Assembly (NCBI GenBank): GCA_048941285.1
Contig: JBHLNS010000013.1
Coordinates: 1-64,000, forward strand
DNA length: 64,000 nt
Reading direction: 5' to 3'
DNA from: Promethearchaeota archaeon
GTDB taxonomy: Archaea > Asgardarchaeota > Lokiarchaeia > Sigyniarchaeales > SOKP01
The notes under the pieces were generated by a model. The model was not told the DNA's origin. It worked only from the letters and a program-made list of their open reading frames with translations, and ran no database searches. The translations under genes were made by a program, and so were the position numbers. Shown here one piece after another: positions 19,990 to 29,626 of the stretch (position 1 is the stretch's first letter; the number at the start of each line of letters is the position of its first letter).

Positions 19990-22206
19990 TTAATTGTCAA
20001 TTTCAATATCGCGATTTTGCATTTCAAGAAGCCTTTTATATTTTCCATTTAAAGCGATTAAATTATTATGGTCACCTTGCTCTATTATTCCTTTTTTATC
20101 TGCGTTTAATACTATGATATGATCAGCATTTTTTATGGTTGAGAGGCGATGAGCTATTATAATAGTTGTCCTTCCTTTACGAGCTTTATTTAAAGCATCC
20201 TGAATTAACGTTTCTGTATAAGGATCCACAGAAGAAGTGGCTTCATCCAAAATCAGGATTTTTGGATCTGTTATTAGGGCACGAGCAAAAGCAATTAATT
20301 GACGTTGGCCTATTGAGATGTTACTACCATTTTCTTTTAATTTAGTATCATAATTTTTATGTAAGGCATTAATAAAATTATGAAGTCCTAAAAATTTTGA
20401 AACCTCTATCATCCTTTCTTCAAGTTCGGGTGTAATAGTATCATATCCATATAATATATTTTCTCGAATAGTCCCTGTAAATAAAAATGCTTCTTGTGGG
20501 ACAATGCCGATTAAATCTCTTAACTCTTTTTTCTTTATTTTTAATATATCAACACCGTCTATAACGATTTTTCCCTTATTTACGTCATAGAAACGAGCAA
20601 TCAATTTAATTAACGTTGTTTTACCTGCTCCAGTTTCCCCTACAATTGCTAGTGTGATTCCTTCTGGGATTTTTATGCTCAGGTTCTTTAAAACCAAACC
20701 TTTAGATTCTATATGTTGAAGTATTATTTTTTGCTCATTTATCAGATCTTTAACTATTTTTGGAATTCTTTCATTTACTTCGGGAGGTATAGATATTTTG
20801 GCAAGTATTTTCAAATTATTTTGAGGAGATTTTAAGCCCTTTTCATCACTAATTAATACGCTTCCATCTCCACTAAAATCCCCACCCTGTTGAAGATTTG
20901 ATTTAGTTATTAAAGTCTTTTCTAAAGACTTAACCATATTTAGAATGCTCTCAGATGTCAAAGTATTATCAAATTTATTATCATCCTCTAATCTTTGTTT
21001 CTTAGATTTAGTTTTAACTGTATCATTATTAAGAATATAACCAAAACTCACATTTTCAAACTCAATAGTACCTTTTATTTGATCAAGTAATATTGGATTC
21101 TCGATATCTGGGATCTCAGCTTGTTCTTCTAATAACGAATAAATTCGATCACTAGCTGCTAGAGCAGACTCGATTACGTTTTGAATTTGCATTAATGTCA
21201 TAAATGGTCTAAAAAATTGACCTAAAATTGTAATGAAAGCACTTAAAACCCCTACTGAAACAGTTATCCCGAAAAGTGAAATATTGCCAGATGTTACCAA
21301 TCCACCTACTAATAAAATGGTTGCTGTAATAATTGTTGTTATAAGACTGATTAAAGGAAAAATAGTTGCCATATATTTGCGAATTCTTAACATAATTTTG
21401 TAATTTGCTGTATTTGCTTGATCAAATTCAATAGCAGCTCTTTTTTCTTGACCATACGCTTTCACTACTTTTGCACCTTCAATATTTTCTTGTATTGAAG
21501 AAGTAACCCTCCCTATAGTTCTTCTTTCTTCCTTAAATAATAAAGTAGCTACTTTTTTGAAAAATCGAGTAATTATAAAAAATAAGGGAAAGATTATCAG
21601 GCTAATTAAAGCTAAAGCTATATTTAGGAAGAACATAAAAATTACAGTTAATCCAATCGAAACCATGCTTGTTATAATTTGAACGAATTGTCCTCCCACT
21701 AATTGATTAAGTATTGTAACATCATTTGTTAATATAGATATTATTTGTCCAGAAGACTTTTTATCAAAATAATTTAAAGACATTTCTTGAAGTTTAAAAA
21801 AAAGATCATTTCTAATTTGATAAGTCACTTTTTGAGATAACCGACCCATCCCATATAATGCAAAATAATTTGCAATTGCCATAATTAAGATTAATATCAA
21901 AAAAATTCCACTCATCATAACAATATATATAGCATTTTTCGTAACAATTCCTCTGTCAATTATATTTGCTGAAAAAATCGGACTTAAGGCTGATATTACT
22001 GTTGCTAACAAAAGAAAAATAAAGAAAAGGAAGAATTCCAATTTTTGCGGCTTTAAGTATGAAATTAGCCATCTCCATAATTCTCTTCGTGGATGGTCTA
22101 GCTTTCTTTTATCTCCCTCTAACATAAAACGTTGACGAGTACTAGCGCTTGGTTTTACAATTTCTTCTCTTTCCTCATCATCATTTTCATTTTTAGTATT
22201 GCTCAT
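19990..22206 (-). CDS. ABC exporter (fused TMD+NBD), heterodimer subunit B, with a ~110-aa insertion in the NBD
   Basis: GETGAGKT, ISIGQRQ, LDEATS, IAHRLST. Confidence 0.92.
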   Translation of the reverse strand: MSNTKNENDDEEREEIVKPSASTRQRFMLEGDKRKLDHPRRELWRWLISYLKPQKLEFFLFFIFLLLATVISALSPIFSANIIDRGIVTKNAIYIVMMSGIFLILILIMAIANYFALYGMGRLSQKVTYQIRNDLFFKLQEMSLNYFDKKSSGQIISILTNDVTILNQLVGGQFVQIITSMVSIGLTVIFMFFLNIALALISLIIFPLFFIITRFFKKVATLLFKEERRTIGRVTSSIQENIEGAKVVKAYGQEKRAAIEFDQANTANYKIMLRIRKYMATIFPLISLITTIITATILLVGGLVTSGNISLFGITVSVGVLSAFITILGQFFRPFMTLMQIQNVIESALAASDRIYSLLEEQAEIPDIENPILLDQIKGTIEFENVSFGYILNNDTVKTKSKKQRLEDDNKFDNTLTSESILNMVKSLEKTLITKSNLQQGGDFSGDGSVLISDEKGLKSPQNNLKILAKISIPPEVNERIPKIVKDLINEQKIILQHIESKGLVLKNLSIKIPEGITLAIVGETGAGKTTLIKLIARFYDVNKGKIVIDGVDILKIKKKELRDLIGIVPQEAFLFTGTIRENILYGYDTITPELEERMIEVSKFLGLHNFINALHKNYDTKLKENGSNISIGQRQLIAFARALITDPKILILDEATSSVDPYTETLIQDALNKARKGRTTIIIAHRLSTIKNADHIIVLNADKKGIIEQGDHNNLIALNGKYKRLLEMQNRDIEIDN

Positions 22207-22222
22207 TCTTACTATTCTTTAC

Positions 22223-23986
22223 TTATGTTTCTTGTATAATTCGATTTTTTGAATTTTGTTTTTGATATAAAGTTTCATAGATTTGCTTATATAAGACGTT
22301 TGACCTAATTAATTCATTATGAGTCCCATAACCTACAACTCGACCCCGGTCTAGAATTAAAATATAATCTACTCCTCTAATGGTTGATATTCTCTGCGTG
22401 ATAATAATAGATGTTATATCCTTCATTATTATCTTTAAAGCTTGTTGTATTTTATACTCAGTTTCTACATCAACAGAGCTTGTACTATCATCAAGAATTA
22501 AAATTCTAGGTTTTGTTATAAGAGCCCGAGCTATTGATAAACGTTGTTTTTGACCACCTGAAAGGCGTGTACCTCTCTCACCCACAATTGAATCATAAGA
22601 TTTTGGTAAATTAACAATAAATTCATGTAAATCCGCAATTTTAGCTGCTTCAATTATTTCTTCTATTGAAGCATCTTCTTTTCCATAGGCTATATTTTGT
22701 GCTATTGTTTTATTGAATAGAAAGGTTTCTTGGGAGACAATTGCAATATTTCTCCGTAAATCGTTTATTAAAAAGTCTTTTATATCAATTTGGTCAATCT
22801 TAATAGATCCGTCATGTAACTCATAGAAACGAGGGATTAAATTTATTATAGTAGATTTACCTGAACCTGTTGTTCCTAAAATAGCAAGTTTTCTTCCAGC
22901 AGGAATTTTAAATGTCACATTTTTTAAAATTCGATGATCAGATGTATATCCAAACGAAACATTATCAAATTCAATATCCCCTAGTAAATTAGAAATCTGT
23001 AATGCATTGGGGAAGTCTTTAATTTCCGGACTTGAATCCAAAATATCTCTTACTCTGGTAAGTGCGGCATCGGCTTGAATATATACTAACATAATTTGAC
23101 CTAACATCATTAAAGGAAATCCAAGTGACGCTATATAAGAGAGAAGGGTTACAACTACATCTAAATCCATTGTTCCATTAATAAACCTAATACCCCCTAT
23201 GAATAAGGAAAAAATTGTCATTACTCCAATTATAATATAAATAGTGGGCATATAAAGTGAGTTGTATTTTACAGAATCGACACTGGCTTTATAGAATCTA
23301 TTATTATTTTCTTTAAATTTGTTATATTCCTTATTTTGAGTACTAAATATCCGTATTACTTGAGCACCAACAATATTTTCCCTTATAGTAGTAGTCAGAT
23401 CACCAAAACTATCTCTTGTTTCCAAGAAGATTGGCTTAAGCTTCTTCGCAATATAATATGATAATATTAAGGAAATTAAAATTGCTGAAACTAAGATAAA
23501 TGATAAATCAAAACTGAAAGCAAAAAAGCCAAAAATAATTCCGCTAATCTGGAGAGTTGACTGAAAACCTAAAATTAAACCCATACCAAAAATTTGCCTG
23601 GTTTCTTCGATATCACTTGTAGCTCGAGAAATTAATTGACCCGTTTCTGCTTTATCGAAGTAAGAAAACGATTGACGATAAATTGCATTGCTAATATCGT
23701 CACGGAGATAATATAATGCTCTTGATGAAACTTCAGCTCCTTGCAGCCGAGCAGCTCTATTGAAAAAATAAGTTAATACTCCTAATACTAATATAATACA
23801 AAAATAAATTAGAAATACAATAATATTAAAACTGGGTAGATTCGGATCCAATAATCCAACCATTCTTCCAATAAAAATAGGAATAAGTGTGGAAAAAATT
23901 GTTGAAAGTGATAAACTAGTAATTTGTAAAATGAATGCTCTTTTCGATTTTAACCAATACTTAAATATCATTCTGGCAGAATTCAT
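22223..23986 (-). CDS. ABC exporter (fused TMD+NBD), heterodimer subunit A with degenerate site
   Basis: GTTGSGKS, LSGGQKQR, degenerate LDDSTS and ITQR switch. Confidence 0.92.
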   Translation of the reverse strand: MNSARMIFKYWLKSKRAFILQITSLSLSTIFSTLIPIFIGRMVGLLDPNLPSFNIIVFLIYFCIILVLGVLTYFFNRAARLQGAEVSSRALYYLRDDISNAIYRQSFSYFDKAETGQLISRATSDIEETRQIFGMGLILGFQSTLQISGIIFGFFAFSFDLSFILVSAILISLILSYYIAKKLKPIFLETRDSFGDLTTTIRENIVGAQVIRIFSTQNKEYNKFKENNNRFYKASVDSVKYNSLYMPTIYIIIGVMTIFSLFIGGIRFINGTMDLDVVVTLLSYIASLGFPLMMLGQIMLVYIQADAALTRVRDILDSSPEIKDFPNALQISNLLGDIEFDNVSFGYTSDHRILKNVTFKIPAGRKLAILGTTGSGKSTIINLIPRFYELHDGSIKIDQIDIKDFLINDLRRNIAIVSQETFLFNKTIAQNIAYGKEDASIEEIIEAAKIADLHEFIVNLPKSYDSIVGERGTRLSGGQKQRLSIARALITKPRILILDDSTSSVDVETEYKIQQALKIIMKDITSIIITQRISTIRGVDYILILDRGRVVGYGTHNELIRSNVLYKQIYETLYQKQNSKNRIIQET

Positions 23987-24080
23987 TTAAATTCTGGTTC
24001 TTATTAATTTTAAATCAAGTTTTAATATGATCTATTTAAAAAAAATTTTTATAAAAATAACTAAATAGAAAAAAAATATG

Positions 24081-24866
24081 TTATTGACTTATTTCCATCT
24101 TATTAAAAGACTGGGCTCCGATTAATATCAAGAGGGTTCCAAAACCAATTGTAATTAATATATCAACCCAAAATGGGAAATATGATACCCCTAATAATAC
24201 AAATCGGAATAAATCTGCACTATAAGAGAAAGGATTAAACATTGTGATCTGCGGAGGAAGTGGTATTAATGTTCCCGAAAGCCACATCATTGGCATTATA
24301 ATAAAGGTTTGTATTAACCCAAAAGATTGCATATCTCTTAAGCGAGTACTTATCGTTAAGCCTATCCCGACAATTCCTAAACTTGAAATAAAAGCAACAG
24401 GTAGAATAAGCATTGCACGCCATATTAAGCTAAACTCATATCCAAAAAAGCCAAAAGCAACACCTAAACCTATCATTATTACGACTTGTATCATAGTTTG
24501 CAAAGCAACACCTACGGTTCTTCCAAGCATTATGGTTCTTCGACTTATAGGAGCTACCATCAACTCCTTCATAAATCCAAACATTTTATCTCTAAATATA
24601 GACATCCCACCAAAAATCCCGGTGAAAAGTATAACCATTGCAGCAATACCCGATGCAGTAAAAGCCCTTGAATCTACAATCATTCCACCTATCTCGATAT
24701 CTACTCTCGAAAATCCCGCTCCAAAAACAAAGAGAAACAAAATTCCCTGGGCAAGTGAAGAAATAACTCTTGATTTATTCCTCCAGAACTCCATCAACTC
24801 TCTTTTTGCTAAAATCCATACTGCACTATAATTAAATTTCGACTTTACAAGATTTAAATCAGACAT
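24081..24866 (-). CDS. ABC-2 type permease (DrrB-like)
   Basis: REL..FWR, DKMFGFMKELMVAPISR, NPFSY. Confidence 0.9.
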   Translation of the reverse strand: MSDLNLVKSKFNYSAVWILAKRELMEFWRNKSRVISSLAQGILFLFVFGAGFSRVDIEIGGMIVDSRAFTASGIAAMVILFTGIFGGMSIFRDKMFGFMKELMVAPISRRTIMLGRTVGVALQTMIQVVIMIGLGVAFGFFGYEFSLIWRAMLILPVAFISSLGIVGIGLTISTRLRDMQSFGLIQTFIIMPMMWLSGTLIPLPPQITMFNPFSYSADLFRFVLLGVSYFPFWVDILITIGFGTLLILIGAQSFNKMEISQ

Positions 24867-24873
24867 TTTTTTA

Positions 24874-26199
24874 TCACTTCCTTAATTGTCTCATTTGAAT
24901 TCTTCTCTTCATATCTTTTAAATGATTTGAAGATTCTTCTCGAATTGCAGTACCTACATAGTGAAGAAACACATCTTCCAACGTAGGTTGATGCATATTT
25001 ATCGTTTTTATAGGCAAATTGTTTTCATTTATTTTTTGAATAATAAATGGCAATTGTTTTCCCCCATTTTCGCAAGAAATTGAGATTGAAGGGTCATTTT
25101 CTTCTTCCTCATCAATTTCTCCTTTCTTAATTTTGATTATCTCTTCCTTTATCGTATCTGGTATTTCATCTAAGGTTGATTCATCAAACATTTCAGCAAT
25201 TTTCTTTTTAATTGATAACGGTGCATTTAAAAACATTCCAGTAGCCATCGGCATTTTTTTCCAAGCCATAATTAGTTTCTTAGGATCCGATAAAATTTCT
25301 CGCATTCGTGCTTGAATCATTTCTGGATTAAAATTACTAGGCATTCCTTTTGGAAGTTGCATATTAGGCATTATCGGTTGTTCTCCTTCATTTGTGCCCA
25401 AGAAAACATTCTTCACCCCAGGAATTTCCTTTATCTGGCTGATTATCATAGGAATTTTATATCTTTCTTCTAAATTTTCAAATTTAATATCAACAACATC
25501 CCCAGCTAATTGTTTTTTTAGGTTCTCCGAAGTATCCATAGCGATTATTTTTCCATGATCCATAATACAGATTCTATTGGCAAGCTCATCAGCTTCGTCC
25601 ATATAATGAGTGGTGATTAAAATAGTCATTTTTGAATTTCCTTTATTTAATTCCTGAATTTTATCCCATATTTTTCTCCGTGTTTGAGGATCTAATCCTA
25701 ACGTAGGTTCATCTAAGAAAAGAACTTTTGGTTCATGGATCAGCCCACGAGCAATCTCTAAACGTCTTTTCATCCCTCCAGAATAATTTTTCACAAATGT
25801 ATCTGCTCTATCTTCGAGATCCACTAATTTAAGAACTTCTTGTATTTTTGCATGTCTCTCTTTTTTCGGCATTCCATAAAGAATTGCATGCAATTCTAGA
25901 TTTTCCCAAGCTTTCATCTCGCCATCTACTGAAGGTTCTTGAAAAACTATACCAATACTTTTTCTCACTTTATCAGGATCTTTTTCTACATTCCAACTAT
26001 TGACAAAAGCTTCTCCCTCTGTAGAGGATAATAAAGTTGCCAATATACTTATTGTAGTAGTTTTCCCAGCACCATTAGGTCCTAGTAAAGCAAAAATCTC
26101 GCCTTTCTTGATATTAAAGCTAATATCATCAACAGCTAATACTTCGCCTTCTTCATAGATCTTTGTTAGATTCTTTACTTCTATTATATTTTCAGTCAT
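24874..26199 (-). CDS. ABC-2 ATP-binding protein (DrrA-like) with a Met/Pro-rich insertion
   Basis: GPNGAGKT, YSGGMKRR, LDEPT, TTHYM, C-terminal PTLEDVF. Confidence 0.92.
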   Translation of the reverse strand: MTENIIEVKNLTKIYEEGEVLAVDDISFNIKKGEIFALLGPNGAGKTTTISILATLLSSTEGEAFVNSWNVEKDPDKVRKSIGIVFQEPSVDGEMKAWENLELHAILYGMPKKERHAKIQEVLKLVDLEDRADTFVKNYSGGMKRRLEIARGLIHEPKVLFLDEPTLGLDPQTRRKIWDKIQELNKGNSKMTILITTHYMDEADELANRICIMDHGKIIAMDTSENLKKQLAGDVVDIKFENLEERYKIPMIISQIKEIPGVKNVFLGTNEGEQPIMPNMQLPKGMPSNFNPEMIQARMREILSDPKKLIMAWKKMPMATGMFLNAPLSIKKKIAEMFDESTLDEIPDTIKEEIIKIKKGEIDEEEENDPSISISCENGGKQLPFIIQKINENNLPIKTINMHQPTLEDVFLHYVGTAIREESSNHLKDMKRRIQMRQLRK

Positions 26200-26405
26200 A
26201 TTCTCTCATAAGCTAATGTTTCATTACAATAATACTTTTCTAAAAATAGTTTTAACTTGATTTTAACATTAAAAAAAAATTTGGAATTCATTTTTTCTTC
26301 TCTTGTTTACCTTTCGCTTTCCGACTATTAAATAAGCACTTATCTAACCTTGATTTTTTATGAATAAATGTTTCTTCAATTTTTCCTGTTGATTTTTCAT
26401 CTATT

Positions 26406-27140
26406 TTATCTAGTGTATTCATATTTCTCACTCTTTTTAAGGGAATCTTTAACCATTTCCATTATTCTATCTTTATTTAGAGAATCCATTTTCTCAATTT
26501 CCTTAATAATTCTGTCTAAATCTGCTTTACTTTCTCTAAAATTTCCTATTTTATTTTCTATCTGTTGAAGCATACCTTTTATCCAAGATCTTAAACCTCT
26601 GAAAAAGTCAATGGCATCATCTATATCTTGAAATTCTTTTATTCTTTCTATTAAGACCAATCTTAATCCTTTTGAGGGAGAAATTTCTGACATCATATTG
26701 AAGACATTTGCCCATTTCAATTTCAGTTCTTCTAAAAATTTCCTTCCTAATTCCGATATTATAAAGAATTTATTTGCTCGTCCTTCTACAATTTCTTCTT
26801 TAGAATATAAATATTGTTTATCCCCTAATTCTTGTAGTGTTCTTATTAGAGTTCCTCTTGGAAAATTATATTTTTCTTGCAACTGATAACCAGTAATCCC
26901 ATTAGGATACTCAGAAATTATCAATAATACAATGAAATCTCTTATTTCTTGAAATGATTCTCTCCCTATAGGTAACGGAGGTTTGAAAGAACCTTTCAAA
27001 AATGGTGGAAATTTACTATGTGAAGGAAAGCCCTCAAAACCTGGATAACGTGGAGGGTTATGATGTTCAGGAGGGCCTTGTTCCATGAATTTAGGTGGGT
27101 TCTCCTCAAACCTAAATTGATCTATATTTCTTTTAAACAC
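26406..27140 (-). CDS. PadR-family winged-helix transcriptional regulator with Pro-rich N-terminus
   Basis: GITGYQL...GTLIRTLQEL...RANKFFIISELGR; first gene of the ABC exporter cluster. Confidence 0.8.
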   Translation of the reverse strand: MFKRNIDQFRFEENPPKFMEQGPPEHHNPPRYPGFEGFPSHSKFPPFLKGSFKPPLPIGRESFQEIRDFIVLLIISEYPNGITGYQLQEKYNFPRGTLIRTLQELGDKQYLYSKEEIVEGRANKFFIISELGRKFLEELKLKWANVFNMMSEISPSKGLRLVLIERIKEFQDIDDAIDFFRGLRSWIKGMLQQIENKIGNFRESKADLDRIIKEIEKMDSLNKDRIMEMVKDSLKKSEKYEYTR

Positions 27141-27333
27141 TATTTATATCACTTAAAAAGCAGTAAAACTGATGTAAATATGCTTAATGATTAAAAAAAG
27201 GGCATCATATTTAAATGTTGTCCAAATAGGACATATGTCAAATACTAATTTTTTAAATATTTTGTATAAGAATAATTCAAAAAATGATATAAGCAATCGA
27301 CTTAAAATATTATTATTAGAAGAAGTGATTAAA

Positions 27334-28671
27334 ATGGTAGAAGTTTATATAGAAGATACAAATCAAGGGATTAAATCCGCTGTAAACCGTATTTTTAATC
27401 AGATTAATCAGGCTGGAACAATCATTCTTAAAAAATCAAAAGAAGTTTATATTAAAGTGAATGGAATTAATTTTATGAAACATTCTTACACATCTCCAGA
27501 CGTTTTAGAGGCAGTAATAGAGTACTTTAAAGAGAGGGGAGCAAATGTATTTGTAATGGAAAATTCGACACAAGCCAATATCACAAGAGTAGTTTTTACC
27601 GTTACTGGTTATAAAGAAATTTGCGAAAAAGCTGGTGCAAAAATTATTTATTTAGATGAAGAAGATACAGATGCCTATGAATTTAAGTACAAACCCTCAA
27701 TAGAAGAGGCTCCTGGAGGATATATTCTAAAAAATTATAAATTACCCAAAATAATTACAAAAATTATTGAGAACAGAGATTCTATAACATACATAAATTT
27801 ACCTAAATTGAAAACTCATAGTATGGCTGTAGTCACTCTGGGAATTAAAAATCAATGGGGATTCCCTCAACATGCGGATCGTGGTAAGGACCACAATTAT
27901 AATTTACATTCGAAATTAGTAGAAGTATATGATATAATTAAACCGGATGTTACTATAATAGATGGTATTGAAGGAACTATTCATGGACATTATCCACCCA
28001 CAGCATGGGAAGATCAACATGTTATTCCTTTCAATATTCTTATTGGGGGGACAGACACATTGGCTGTAGACGTTATCGGAGCAAGAATATTCGGTTTAGA
28101 AATTGATGAGATTCCTCATTTAAAATTAGCTTATGAACGTGGTTTGGGTGAGGGAGATTTAAAAAAAATAAAAGTAATCGGAAAAAATTTAGAAAGTTAT
28201 AAAGAAAAATATGAATGGGATTTGTTTCAACAATTTCCAGAAAATGTTAAGATCATAAAAGGAAAAGAACTATTATGCCGAGAAGGTTGTCAGAATAATC
28301 CATTATCATTACTACAATGGTTAGCTTTTGATTTTCCAGATAAATTTAAAGGTGGTTGGTTTATTGTTATGGGTAAAGGGCATGATGAGAATCTTATAGA
28401 TCAGTTAAAGTCAGAGGGATATTCCAAAGGATTAGTGGCAGGATATTGTGCTATTGAAGAAGTTGGTCAAAAATTAAGGCAAGAATTTGGTAGAAGGAAA
28501 ATATTTTTTTCAGGAAATTGTAATAATCTAGCAGAGACTACAACTGCTGAATTAAAATTATCTGGCATGAGTGCTCTTGATTTAGTACCATTATCCTCTG
28601 AAGAAGTGATGCAACTCATTCAAGAAGCTCAACAAAATGGTACTACCGCATTAATAACTACGGCATTTTAA
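27334..28671 (+). CDS. DUF362-family protein (Fe-S associated)
   Basis: YIKVN, T.PDV, INLPKLKTH...TLGIKNQWG, IIDGI, D.LAVD. The ATG at 27334 follows GAAGTGA and is preferred over 27187. Confidence 0.8.
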   Translation: MVEVYIEDTNQGIKSAVNRIFNQINQAGTIILKKSKEVYIKVNGINFMKHSYTSPDVLEAVIEYFKERGANVFVMENSTQANITRVVFTVTGYKEICEKAGAKIIYLDEEDTDAYEFKYKPSIEEAPGGYILKNYKLPKIITKIIENRDSITYINLPKLKTHSMAVVTLGIKNQWGFPQHADRGKDHNYNLHSKLVEVYDIIKPDVTIIDGIEGTIHGHYPPTAWEDQHVIPFNILIGGTDTLAVDVIGARIFGLEIDEIPHLKLAYERGLGEGDLKKIKVIGKNLESYKEKYEWDLFQQFPENVKIIKGKELLCREGCQNNPLSLLQWLAFDFPDKFKGGWFIVMGKGHDENLIDQLKSEGYSKGLVAGYCAIEEVGQKLRQEFGRRKIFFSGNCNNLAETTTAELKLSGMSALDLVPLSSEEVMQLIQEAQQNGTTALITTAF

Positions 28672-28743
28672 CTTTTTTATGTCTATTCTGCTATTATAAT
28701 AAAAAAAAATTTTTATAAAGATTAAAAATGATATAAAATTATT

Positions 28744-29493
28744 GTGGATTTAAGTTCACTTTATTCTGAAGTAAAGCAACTCCTATTGATCTCTGATAAA
28801 GATTTCGATTTAGAACACAATCTAAATTATTATTATTCTATGGAACCGGATGAAAATAAACTCGAAATTCTAGGAGATATTTTAAGCTTTATCGATAAAT
28901 TTTCAATGTTTAGGGATATTAAACCTTTCATGAACTCATTATATACGTGTATTAATAATACTCTTGAAATAAAATCTGAATCAATCCTTGATTTTGAAGA
29001 ATTATTATTTAAAAATTCAATTATGCATTTTATTCAACAATATCTTAATTATTCAAAAATAACACAAAAAGATCAAGTCTTAGAATTTTTAACGGATTCC
29101 TTAGAAAAACTTCAAAAACAACCCTTAATCATGAATCTTGGACTATTACTTAAACCAATGTACCAAGATCAAAAATATATTGATGATCTGGGGAAACTCA
29201 AAGAACTTGAAGTGACATATAAGGATAATAATAATGAAGATATTCAAATTAAACAATATATAGATCAATGGTTAGAAACTCAAGTTATTAATCTAAACAA
29301 ACAAGATGAATTGAGAGAAAATTTAATCCAAGAATTCAAAAGTTTAATTTCCAAGTATAATTTAACATTAGACTCTGAGAAAGTAAAGAAATTAGAGTTA
29401 GAAGTTATAGAAATGCTCACAATGAAATTAACGATGCAGAGTCTTATGGAACATATGCAAGAAGATTCTTTTGAGCCAATCCCTATAAAATAA
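28744..29493 (+). CDS. Hypothetical helical protein
   Basis: 249-aa ORF, acidic and helical composition. Confidence 0.65.
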   Translation: MDLSSLYSEVKQLLLISDKDFDLEHNLNYYYSMEPDENKLEILGDILSFIDKFSMFRDIKPFMNSLYTCINNTLEIKSESILDFEELLFKNSIMHFIQQYLNYSKITQKDQVLEFLTDSLEKLQKQPLIMNLGLLLKPMYQDQKYIDDLGKLKELEVTYKDNNNEDIQIKQYIDQWLETQVINLNKQDELRENLIQEFKSLISKYNLTLDSEKVKKLELEVIEMLTMKLTMQSLMEHMQEDSFEPIPIK

Positions 29494-29626
29494 ATAAAGG
29501 GAACAATTAAATTTTTTGTTATATTATGCTTTTCCTTCTTTATTTTAAAACTAATTTCTAGTTCAAACATAAAAATTATTAAATACTAATTTTGATATTA
29601 TATTTAAAAAAAATTCCAAAAATTTT

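Noticed and set aside
24244-24831. 195-aa plus-strand ORF and the many other 60-125 aa antisense or overlapping ORFs in the track
   Set aside because: They are shadow frames of well-supported genes, have no motifs and show the composition typical of antisense frames.
27187-27333. N-terminal extension of the DUF362 ORF
   Set aside because: Overlaps the divergent promoter region; a better SD-preceded ATG lies at 27334.
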